Assembly: GCA_943704415.1 (NCBI GenBank)
Contig: CALSCO010000911.1
Location: 1-36,188 of the forward strand
Length of the DNA: 36,188 nucleotides
Direction of reading: 5' to 3'
Origin: Parvularia atlantis
Lineage: Eukaryota
Translations under genes and position numbers: made by a program
Notes under the pieces: model-generated
What the model was told of the DNA's origin: nothing
Seen by the model: only the letters and a program-made list of their open reading frames with translations
The model's database searches: none
Shown: piece after piece, positions 23,125 through 34,152 of the stretch
Layout: the number at the start of each line of letters is the position of its first letter
How positions within the stretch are numbered: position 1 is the first letter of the stretch

Positions 23125-26107
23125 ATGCCGCTGCCGCTGCTGCTGCTGCTGCTCGCGGCACTGGCCGCGTCGCCCGCCGTCGCCGCGACGACGACGCTGG
23201 GCGCGTGGCTGGTGGCCGACGGCACGGGCGGGGCGTACACACTCGTGGCCGGCGCAACGACGCTCGTGGACGCGCGGCGTGCGCAGTCGGGCGCGTACGG
23301 CGCCGGCGCCTCGCTCACGTTCGACGTCACGGGCAACGCGGTGCGCCCCGTCGCCGCGCGCGCATCGCCGTAACCACCGCCGCCCCACCACCACCACCAC
23401 CACCTGCAGATCCAGTGGTACGAGCCGCCCGTCAACACGTCCCTCGCCGCCCTCCCGGCCGCCTTCGCCGCGCGCTACGCCAACGCCGCCGACTACGCCA
23501 CGCCCGCCACGATCTCCGCCACGGGCGTGTACCGCGTGCGTGCCCCCTCTAGGCGTGCGGACGCGTGCGGGCGTCTCAGCCGCGCGCGCAGATCTCGAGC
23601 GTCCGCAGCCAGCCGTTCGTCGTCTATTTTGGCACCGGCGCCACCGCGGCCGAGCACTTTGAGTGCGCCGCCACGACGCTCGTCGGCCCGGGTGCGCGGC
23701 GCGCACACACGAAAGCGCTGGCTGACGGCGCGGCGCAGGCGCGTTCACGTGCACCTTCATCGACAACACCACAACGCTCGCGCCCATCGTCGTCGCCGCG
23801 GTCAATACGTCCCAGGACGGCCAGTGGTCGCTCACGGTCACGATCGATGCCGCGGCCAGCACGGCGCTGCGCAACCAGGTGCGCGGCGGGCCCTGCGCGC
23901 TCGCGGCCGCACTCCTGACCGCAACGCGCCGCGCAGATCTTCTCGCTCGTGACGGCGCGCCTGTACGACCTCAACAGCATCGTCGACACGATGCAGACCG
24001 AGATGCTCCCGAGCAACCAGGTGCGCGCGCGCACGTGCACTGCGCGCACACACTGACCGCCCGGCCCGTAGCAACGTCGCTCGCTCGCGGCGCAGGTCAC
24101 CGGCGGCGGCGTCTTCCTCGGCATCGTCGGCATGATCGCCCACACCGGCCTGACGGCGCTGCTGCTCAGCTGGACCGCGCCCGTGTTCTCCGCGCCGCTG
24201 TCGCGGTGGACGACGCGCATCAAGAACAGCACGTCGACCGACTCCTGGGTGTGGTTCGTGATCCTGCTGCTGCTCGTGCTCTTCACCACGCTCGGCGGCG
24301 GTCTGCCCGCGTGGGCGTTCATGGCGGTGTTGTACGCCGTGCTCGAGGTGCGCACGCCCGCGCAACGACGACGACGGTGCTCACAGCCGCCCCACCAGAT
24401 CGCGCTGATCATCGCCTATATCGTCATCCGCGTGCGCAAGCCGAAGAACGAGTCGGCCACGGAGGAGTACGAGATGCAGGCCAACGCGGCCAGCGGCAAG
24501 TCGATCGACTTCTCCAGGTGCGTGAGCGCGCGAGTGGGGCGCGCGCACGACGCCTGAGCGTGCTCGCAGCGGTCGCGCGCTGTGGACGTACCAGCCGTTC
24601 GCGATGGGCCGCTCGCAGGCGTTCTACATGCTCGTGTGCGCGGGCGTGATCGTGGTGCGTGCGTCGCGGTGCTGCGCACGCCGCAGGCCCTTGACGGCGT
24701 GCGCAGCTGATCATCATCTTGCTCGTGATCATCATCGCGACGTGGGGCGTCGCGCCGTACTATGTCATCAACCGCGAGACGGTCACGCCCGAGGTCGAGG
24801 TGCAGCCGCTGAGCGTGTCCAAGTCGACTCTGGCGATCTACTCGATCAACGGCGCGGCCACGTCCGTGCGCATGAACTTCTTTCTGGACCTGTTGACGAC
24901 CTACTGCGGCTACTCGTTCAACCGGACGCTGTCGGGTGCGCCCCCCGCACGGCACGCCGTCGCGGCGGGCTCGCCTGATTGCACGCGTGCGTGCGCGTGC
25001 GGGTGGTCAGACAACGAAAAGTACAGCTCGATCTACATCGACTTTATCTACCTGTTCGACATCGACATGAGCCAGTTTGACCCGGAGGACTACACGCAGT
25101 ACTACAGCGTCAACGACTGGTTCATCCGGCCCCTCAGGGCAGGCAGGTGCGGGCCCCGCATTGCTCGAGGCGCTGCCCGCGCTCACACGCGACGCGGCCC
25201 AGCCGCCCGATCGACGCGCCGCTCAATGACGCCGTGATCACGTCCGCGGCCGACTCGCGCGTGCTCGTGTTTGACGTCGTGCCCCAGGTGAGGTGCCCCG
25301 CGTGGGCGACCCCCTCCTTCGTCCTGACGCGGCACGCAGGACTTTACCTTTGTGGTCAAGGAGGAGAACTTTGACGTGCCGACGCTGGTGAACAACGCGA
25401 CTCTCGGCGGGCGTTACCAGGCCGGCTCGATGGCCATCTTGCGCTTGGTGCGGGGCGCTTGGTGCGAGGCGCGGGGCGTTGCCGCTGATGCCGCGCGCGC
25501 CCCACCCACCACACAGGCTCCGCAAGACTACCACCGCTTCCACACGCCGGTGCGCGGCACGGTCAAGTACATCAGCGAGACGATCTGGGGCACGATTTTC
25601 TCGGTGAACGGTGCGTGTGCGCGCGCGGCCCGTGGCCATTGGCGGCCCTGATGTCGCCGCGCCAGCCGACGCCGTCAACTCGCAAAACTCGGTCTACTAC
25701 AACAAGCGCGTGGTCGTGGTCGTGTCAAACCCGGCCGTGGGCGACGTGACGCTGGTGATCATCGGCGCCACCTGCGTCGGCTCAATCGTGCTCGACATCA
25801 CCGAGGGTGCGGTCACGCGCGTGCACGCCCTTGGGCCGCTGTCGTGACGCGCGTGCCCGCGCGTGCGCAGGGCAAGTCCTGAACAAGGGCGACGAAATCG
25901 GCCTGTTCCAGTACGGCGGGTCGTCGATGCTGGTGCTGTTCGAGCCGGGCAAAGTCGCCTTTGATGCGGATCTGCTGTACAGGCACGCCGCGGCGCGTGC
26001 AGCGCGCTTTCCCGCGGGCTCAACACGCCGGCGCCGCGCGCAGCTCGTCGTTCAACATTGAGACGTTTGTCAAGATGGGCACGCAGATCGCGCGTCTGGC
26101 GAGCTGA
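23125..26107 (+). CDS. Signal peptide + ectodomain + about 4 TM helices + Psd2-type phosphatidylserine decarboxylase, multi-exon
   Basis: Continuous spliced frame from [23 protein letters not shown] motifs [73 protein letters not shown]. Confidence 0.85.
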
Positions 26108-26233
26108 CGAGCCGCGCGATACGAGGAGCAAGCGCAGCAAGCACCTCTCCCCTGGCCGGGCCAGCCGCGCATCTTCGCCATCCTATGTTTTGGATTCTAA
26201 GTGAGCAGCGACCAAGTAGCGGAAGTGGGGCGC

Positions 26234-27513
26234 TCAGCAGCAGCACGTTGTCAGGCACGACTCGCGGTACCTCCCTGCGGCCACGCGCACGTGGTCAGGC
26301 GACGAGCGCGGCCCGCGCACAGACCTTGTGCGTCGAGCTGGAACGCGGGTAGGCGCGGGAAGGGCGTGCGCGGCTCAAGGGCAAACTCATACAGGTTGCT
26401 CAGGACGCCTCGATGGAACGGCAGGGCCTCGGGGTCGATGCCCTTGAGGTAGTGCACCTGGCCTGCGCGGTCGCGGATTCAGGCGGGTGCCAGCGCGCGC
26501 ATGGCACCACACCGCGCCGCATGTGCTCCCACGACGTCTGGTTGGTCACGATCAGGAAGCACTGGTAGAGCAGCAGGGCGTAGACGAACACGGCAAAACC
26601 GGTGGTGAGCCACGCGACTGCAGGCCGGCACACGTAAGCACGCTGCGCGGCCGTCTGTCCTGGTCGACGCACCCGACAGGAGGGCCGCGTTGTGGTAGAA
26701 GAAGCGCGCCCACGAGCTGTGGCTGGTGATCGACCCGATCGACTGGCCAGGCGCACTGAGCGACCGAGCGTGCGCCGGCCCGGGCTGAGGGGCGCACGTC
26801 GTACACGCCCCACGACACAACGACGGCCTCGAGCACGAGGTAGGCGACAAAGGTGCGGTGATTGCGCTCGCCGACGCAGTTTCCTGCGCGGTACGCGGCA
26901 CGGCGTGAGCACGGACGGAGCGCGCGGGGGGCGGCGCGGCACCGGACCGATCCAGAAGCAGTGGTGGTCGAACCGCGCGACGCAGCGGCTGCACCGTCGG
27001 CAGTGCTTCGCGCGGAGCGGGCGGGCGATCTGGCACACAGGGCAGTGGTCGCCCTTTTGCGGCACGCAGCCGTGAGCATCGGCGAGGCGGGGAGGGTGGG
27101 GGCGGGCCGCGCGAGCACCCTGTTGGCCGCGTCGTCGTCCTCGTCCTCGTCGTCGTCCTTGGCCAGACGTAGGGCGGCGGCGTTGCGCGTGTCTGCGGCG
27201 ATCGCGTGAGCCGCCCTGCGCGCACGAGCCACCCACCACGGCACCGAGGTAGCCCGGGTCGGCCGTGCGCAGCCGCTGGTACAGCGCCACCGAGAGGCCG
27301 AAAACGAGCGCGAAGACGCCGAGGCGCATTGCGTCGGCCACGGCCAACACGCGGAACGACACGCTCCGGCACAGCCAGAGCACGACGATCGCGTAGGCCG
27401 TGAGCCCGCCAAGCACGAGCGCCGAGACGCGCCCCTCGAGCTCGGCGGATGGTGCTGCGCGCGTCCGCGTGGTGCGGTGAGCTGAGCGGCGACGCGCGTG
27501 TATACCCACTCAT
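26234..27513 (-). CDS. DHHC palmitoyl acyltransferase (ZDHHC12/PAT10-like)
   Basis: [64 protein letters not shown]...[10 protein letters not shown], predicted end SCLTTCCC*. The start (27513 or 27519) and the last donor are less certain. Confidence 0.88.
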
Positions 27514-27522
27514 GTGCATGAA

Positions 27523-29746
27523 ATGGTATCGATGAACTCGTGCGTCGCGCTGCTCCTGACCACGACGGACAAGTCCGGGCACCGCCTGGCCCTGTGCTAC
27601 CCGGAGAACCCCACCGTCGGCCTGCGCCCGGGCGCACTCGCCGCCACCGCCCCGCCCGCCGCGGCCACGGCGTCGGCCACGATGGCCGCTGCCGCCACGT
27701 CGCCGGCCGCCGGCACCCCAGGCGCCATCGGCAGCCCCGGCAGCGCCGTGGCCGCGTCCGCCGCACCCGGCGACGACGACGCCCCGGCCAGCGCACGCCC
27801 CGCTGAGGTGCGCACCGATCGGCCCGTCCGCTCGCAGCGCGCGTGACGCCGGGGCGCGCGCGCAGACACCGCTGTCGGCGGCCGGGCCGCGCACGCCCGC
27901 ATCCGGCAGGGCAGGCGGGCCCCAGACGGCGCCGTCGGCCGCGACAGCATCGACAACATCGACAGCATCGACAACATCGACAGCATCGACAGCGGCAGCA
28001 GCTGCAGCGGCTGCGGCTGCGGCAGCCCAAAACACGCAGTCGCTCATCCTGGACGCGCTGAGGCCGTCGCAGCAGAACCCGCTCGGGTTCGACCCGCTCT
28101 TCCTGGCCGACATGCTCAGCCCGCGGGCGCGGCTGTGCGAGCGCATGTTCACGCTCACGGTCGACGACCTGCTCTTCGTCGGCCACCCGACCCTCGTCGG
28201 CAGCGTCGGCTCAGCGGCGCTCGACGCGCAGATGGACTACGACGGCAGTGCGCTCGACGGCACGGCGGGTGGCGAGTACACGGGCGACAGCGACGAGGCC
28301 GCGGCAGGCGGGGGAGCGACGGCGGCGGCGGCCGGGGCGCCCAAGGACGACGCGCCATCGATCAACATGTTCCACGTCACCTTCGTCTTCCCGTCAACGA
28401 CCGATCGCGCCGCCGTGCAGCGTCTGTACGAGCTCGTGATCCGGCCGCTGACGGTGGCGCTGCGGTACGAGCAGCTGCGGTCTCACTACGTCAGCCGCGA
28501 GGTCGAAAAGATCTTTGCGCTGCACGACCGCGCGCAGGAGAGCTACGAGAAGATGACCGGGGCGCCGCCCGGGCCGCGGACGCACTTTTACGGTGCGCGC
28601 ACACACGCCGTCGCAGAGCGCGAGCAGCCGGGCTGACGCGTCTGGCGCAGCGCGCGTGAACGACATCCTCGCCCGGTCGGACCTGGCCAGCCAGCTGCGC
28701 ACGCTGTACGATTGCCTCAGCCGCAGCGTGCCGGCGCCGCTGGTGCTCAACGGGTACCTGCCGCTGCCGCTGCACCTGCCGCTGCTGGCGGGCGCGACGG
28801 ACGAGGCCCCGCCGCAGTTCCGCGAGTACCTCACGCTGCTGCTGCTAGACGAGCCCGCGGCCGTGCAGGCGCAGCTGCCGACCGACGCCTCCCCCGCGCT
28901 TATCCAGTTCATCAACGTCGTGTCGCCGCAGCGGACGTGCGTGTGTGTGGGTCGACTGCTGCCACTGGCTCACGCGAGCGTTGCAGGTTCGCAGACGTCC
29001 AGCAGGACATGAACTGCACGCTGGCGCACGTCTACCGCATGGCTGCGCACCTGATCCTGTGGGGCCGCGCCAAGCTGATCTACCCTGTGGCGACGCACAA
29101 CGTCTACGTCGTCAAGCCGCAGGCGCGACTTGACATGTGCGCGCGCGCATGTGCGCCCTCGCGCGGCGGCTGACGTCGGTGCGCACGGTCGCAGCACGGC
29201 GCCCGCGCACGCGCTCTTTGGCGCGCAGTTCCCGCCGACGACGCTGTCTGCGTTCCTCGCCGCGTTCAGTGCCGTGCGCTCGATCAGCGACGTGCAGCAG
29301 CAGGTGCGCGCGGCCTGCGATGTGCGCGCCCCGCGGGCGATGACACCGTGGCGCAAGGCATTTGCGGCCGTGCCGCGGTTGACGTTCACCAGCATGCTGC
29401 TGTTCTGCCTGCGCCACGACCTGCTGGAGGAGCTGCACACGTACATCTACTTCCTGCCGCGCGGCGCAGCGGGGCAGAGCCTGGGCGCGGGCACACAGGG
29501 CGAGTGGGCGGAGCGCGTGGCCCTGAGCAAGGGCGCGAGCGTGGCGTCGCTGCTGAAGCGGTGCGTGGACGCGCGATGCGAGCGCGGTGGCTGCTGACGC
29601 CAACGTCCGGCGGCAGGATCAGTGTGCACATGAACGGGCGGCGCAACGTGGACGAGATCGTGTGGCGCGAGAACGTGAGCCGGGTGGACGTGCTTGCGCT
29701 GGTGGACAAGCTGCGCGGGGACGTTGCCCTTGCGCTGCATCCGTGA
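27523..29746 (+). CDS. NPRL3: GATOR1/SEACIT subunit NPR3/NPRL3
   Basis: Longin domain start VALLLTT..SGHRLALCYP, LGFDPLFLADML.P, FTLTVDDLLFVGHPT, MFHVTFV, LRYEQLRSHYVSRE, AAHLILWGRAKLIYP, MNGRRNVDEIVWRENVSR. Start at 27523 or 27532. Confidence 0.93.
27942..27993 (+). repeat. 9-nt tandem repeat CGACA(G/A)CAT, about 5.8 copies, in the NPRL3 low-complexity insert
   Basis: Alternating CGACAGCAT/CGACAACAT units encode a Thr/Ala/Ser stretch. Confidence 0.85.
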
Positions 29747-29813
29747 GCCCTGAGCGTGAACTAGAGTGGCATGCAGCCCTACACACGGCCAGTTCACCAA
29801 CATCCACGTGGCC

Positions 29814-31760
29814 ATGTCGCTCTGGGCCGAGGTGCTCGCGGGCGTGGCGTCGGCGCGGACGGCGCCCACGCGCCACCTGCTCGTGCTTGGTGCGTCTCCC
29901 TCTCCCCTCCCCCTTCTCGGTGACGCGGCGCGCACGCCCAGGCGACCGCGGCACGGGCAAGTCGACGCTGATCAGGCGCTGGACGGGCGGCGCGGCACCG
30001 GCGACGGCGGCGGCGGGCAGCGGCGGCGAGGCCGGCGACGAGGTTGCACTGTCGTACGTGTGCGTGGACGTGAAGGACGAGGACGAGGGTGGCGTGCGGC
30101 ACGACCTTGCGCGCGCGCCGCCGCTGACACGCGCGCGCGCGCACGCAGACATCCTCGGCCGCCTCGGCGTCTGGACCCTCGCCGGCGACGCGGCCTACGG
30201 CGAGCTGCTGCGCTGGGTGCTCGCCGCCCCCGGCGCGCTCGAGCACACCGCCGTCGCCGTCGTGCTCGACTGGTCCAAGCCGTGGCTGCTCGAGGCCGCG
30301 CTGCTGCGCTGGCTCGACCTGCTCCAGAGCAACCTCGCCGCACTGCACCTCGCGCCCGAGCGCGTCGCCGCCGCCCAGCACGCCCGTGCGCACACCCGCC
30401 CCGCACACCCGCCCCGCGCACCCGCCCGCGCGCCACCCGCGCGGCTCACCCCGCCCTCCTCCACGCAGTCGTCAAGTACGTCCGCGCGTACCAGGACAAG
30501 CTCAGCGGCGTCGGCACCACCGCGGCCGTGGCCCAGGACGACGTGGACAGCGCCGCCCACGCGACGCTCGAGCACGGCGTGCTGGTCGAAAACTTGGGCC
30601 TGCCGCTGATCATTGTCGCCGCCAAGGTGCATGGCGCACCGGTGCCGTCCTCGTTCTCGTGCTCAGCGCGCGCGCGTGTACAGGTCGACGTAATCGACAG
30701 CCTGCACAGGACGCACGACATCGGCGACGCCCAGCTGGACTTTATCCAGCAGACGCTGCGGCGACACGCGCTCAAGTGTGCGTGTGCGAGGTCTGCGTGC
30801 GCGCCCGCGCGTGTGTTGACATCCCGCGCCGCATCAGACGGCGCCGCGCTGGCGTACGTGTCCGCGGCGCAGAGCAAAAACGTGGACGTGGTGCTCAAGT
30901 ACGTGACCCACCGGCTGTTTGCGACGCCGGTCGAGCGGGCGGGGGCGCACAAGGTCGCCACCAAGGACGCGGTGTTTGTGCCCGCGGGATGGGACACGCA
31001 GGCTAAGATCGAGCTCGTGACGGCCGACAGGTGCGCCGCCGCTGTTGCTGCTGTCGGCACTCACACGCGCGTGCGACAGCGGCACCAAGAAGCTCGGCGC
31101 GGCCGCGAGTAAGCCGTACCCGCTCGACACGCCGTTTGCGATCGTCGTACCCGCACCCGAGCCAGCACAGGTGCTCAGTGCCGCGTCGTCGGCGGCGGCG
31201 GCTGACCGGGGCGCTTGCACAGGGCCAGAAGCAGAAGACGGCTGTTGCGCCCGAGGCCGAGGACAACTTTCTCGCGCGCCTGGCGTCAACCGATGCGGAC
31301 ACGCTCGCGGCCCTGGCGGCTGCGCTCGAGGTACGGGCCGAGGGACGCGCACGCGTGACGAGGCCGCGGCTGACTGTGCCTGGCCGCAGTCGCGATCGAC
31401 TGCCTTAGGCTCTGCGGGCTTGTCGTCGGCTGCCGCGAGCGCCGGCGTTGGCAAGAGCCCGCGTCCGCGCACGGCCAAGCAGTCGTCGTCGACAGCACTG
31501 GGGGCGACCGAGGTTGGTCCTCTTGCGCTTGCGCCACCTCGTCGCTGAGCCCTGTGCCGCGTCCGCAGGACAAGGCGTCGTCGTTCAAGGGGGCAGCCGG
31601 CGAAACCGAGCAGTACCAGACGTTCTTCCAGTCGCTGCTCAAGAAGGGCACAAGTGGCGGCTCGACGGCCGCGGCGGCGATCGCCGGGCCGCCGCGCGGC
31701 GTGGCCAAGAGCGCGCCCGGGCCAGCACAGCAGCCGCCAGCCGAGGCCATCAGCGAGTGA
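29814..31760 (+). CDS. DYNC1LI: Cytoplasmic dynein 1 light intermediate chain
   Basis: MSLWAEVL, LLVLG|DRGTGKSTLI, ALSYVCVDVKDED, VLDWSKPW, NLGLPLIIVAAKVD, DFIQQTLRRHALKYGAALAY, KDAVFVPAGWDT, C-terminal FFQSLLKK. Confidence 0.94.
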
Positions 31761-31798
31761 AGTCTCTGTGGGCTTGCTCGCCCTTCTACCGCGCGAAT

Positions 31799-34079
31799 TT
31801 ACAGCGACGCAACGTGCAGGAGGGTCTGTGGGGCCACGGCTGGCACAGCGCGCGGCGACGCGGTGCCCAGGCGCGCCTCAATCGCGGCCGGGTCGCGGGC
31901 CTCTTGCGGTGCCAGCCACATCGACGGCATGTCGGCCAGCGAGGCCGCCCAGACGGCGCAGCCGCTGGCGAGGTCCACCTACGCTCGCAAAAGTGTCCTC
32001 AGACACGACCGAGACGGCGGCGCACACTACGCACCCGCGTGGGCGCCGTCACCGCCACCTGCACCTCAAGTGTGCGCTTGGTCCGCGGCAGCAGCACCTC
32101 CGAGACCTGCGCGGGCCCGAGCCACGAGCACGGGTGCGGCGACAGCGGCTGGAGCGCCGACGGCTTGGCCGCGCCGGAGAGGAGCGAAGCAGCCTGGCGT
32201 CGTGTCGTGCTGGTCAGCCAGGGTGCAGCGCACACAGCCGGCGCACTTGTGCCGCTGCCGCAGTGGAGGATGGGCCATGATGCCTGGGTACGGTGCACGT
32301 CACACTCACGCCGCGGCACACGCGAAACAGGCCGCGAGGCAGACGCACGTCGCCGCGGGGGGCGTGAGCACAACCGTGAACTTGAGCGGCGCAGACAGCG
32401 AGAAGTTGTGCAAGACGATCTTGACGTTGATGACGCACAAACTGGCGCGGGCGGGAAGCAGCCAGTGAGTCTGCGCGCCGCGCTCGCGGTGCCGCACCTG
32501 TGAACGGCAAAGTTGTGCCGCACGACGTCCGGGCAGAGCACGATGAAGCGCAGCAGCGAGTCGTCGCTGGCCGCGTGGGCGACAAAGCCGGCCGTGCCGC
32601 TGGCGTCTGTCTGCACACCCGGGCCGGGCGCGAGCGTGGCGAGCGAGCGGGTGAGAGCGCTGTGCAGGGTCGTGCTGCGCTTGTCCTTGAGGAAGCGCGA
32701 GAGCGCCTTGATGGGGTAGGCCGCGCCGGGCCAGTCGGCGGGCACGGCCTGGCCGTAGATGCCGCCGCCCAGCCCCGGCGCCGTCCCGGCATGCAGCGGC
32801 AGCACCAGCGGCTCCTGTGGGCCGCACGGCAGACCAAAGACGACGTGGTGGCCCGATCGGCCGAGCCACTGCGCGGCCGCGGCCGGTGCGGCGTCTGCAG
32901 GCGCCTCGCTCGTCCAGAACACGGTCAGGTCCACCTCGTCCGTCGTGTACAGCGGCAGGAACGACGTGACCGGCTCGCCCGCCTCGCCCGCGCTGCCGTC
33001 CACCGCCGCGTCCGGGGCGGCCAGCCGACGCCCGCTCGAGTCTGCGAGCGCGGCCCACGGCACAAAGCCCTTGACAAGGTCCGGGAAGGCGGCAGCGAGG
33101 CGGCGCATGCGCCATCGCGCGCGCGAGCGGCGCAGCAGGGCCAGATGCGGTAACGCCGTGGACTGCACCGCGGGCGTCGCATCCGGGGCGTTTGGCGACT
33201 GCGCACACGGTCAGTTTTCGGGTAGGGGCAGGGGCGGCGCCCACCGCACCGCGGGTAGGTCGGTATGAAACAGGGCCATGTCGGGCAGTGGCCGGACCAG
33301 TCCGACGTCGCTGCCGACGAAGACGTGCCAGAGCGCGCGTGACGCAGCGATCTCGGGCGAGAGCGCTGTCTCAGCGAGGGGCGCGCCCGTGCTGGTGCGC
33401 GGCGCGGGCACGGCACACAGGAAGAGGAACGCGCTCGACAGCGGCGGGATGACGAGTGCAGCCGACCTGCGCGCCAAAGTGAGCGAGCGACAGGCGGGGC
33501 CACAAAGCAGACGGACACGCACCCGTCCAGCTGGATCTGCCACGCGGGGCTGGTGGACGATAGCTGGCGCACGTGCACCGCGAACGACGACGACAGGTTC
33601 TCGGCCTGTGGCGCCACCGACAATGAGCGCTCGGCAGGACCCCCGCGCGCGCGAGCGCAGTACGCGCACCTCGATGCCGATCACGGTCTCGTCGGTGGCG
33701 CGCGACGACGGCCTGGTGAAGTGGGCGAGGCGCAGCGACGGCGCGACGTTGAGGGTGACGCAGTGCCGGAGCACGCGCTGGGCGAGCGCGCGGGGCCCAA
33801 ACTGACGCCGCCGCGGGTGAGCGGATGTGTGGCGTCAGCGGCCCATGCACCACGAACCGTGGCGCTGTAGGCGAAGAGGAACTGGAGCGTCGTTGCCCCC
33901 GCGCGCTCGCCGCGGAACCAGATCGGCAGCGTGACCGACTGCCCGGCCTCGAGCACCGCCAAGGTCAGGCCCATCGCCATGTCTGGGCAGGCGCGCCCGG
34001 CCAGGGGCACGACGGCGGGGTCCCACAGCCGGTTGCTGCCAGTTGACCACGCCGGCGCTGTGCGCGCGTTCAGCATCAC

Positions 34080-34152
<73 letters not shown>

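Noticed and set aside
27942..27993. Short regular repeats as a CRISPR-like array
   Set aside because: This is a head-to-tail 9-mer without spacers, inside a eukaryotic exon.
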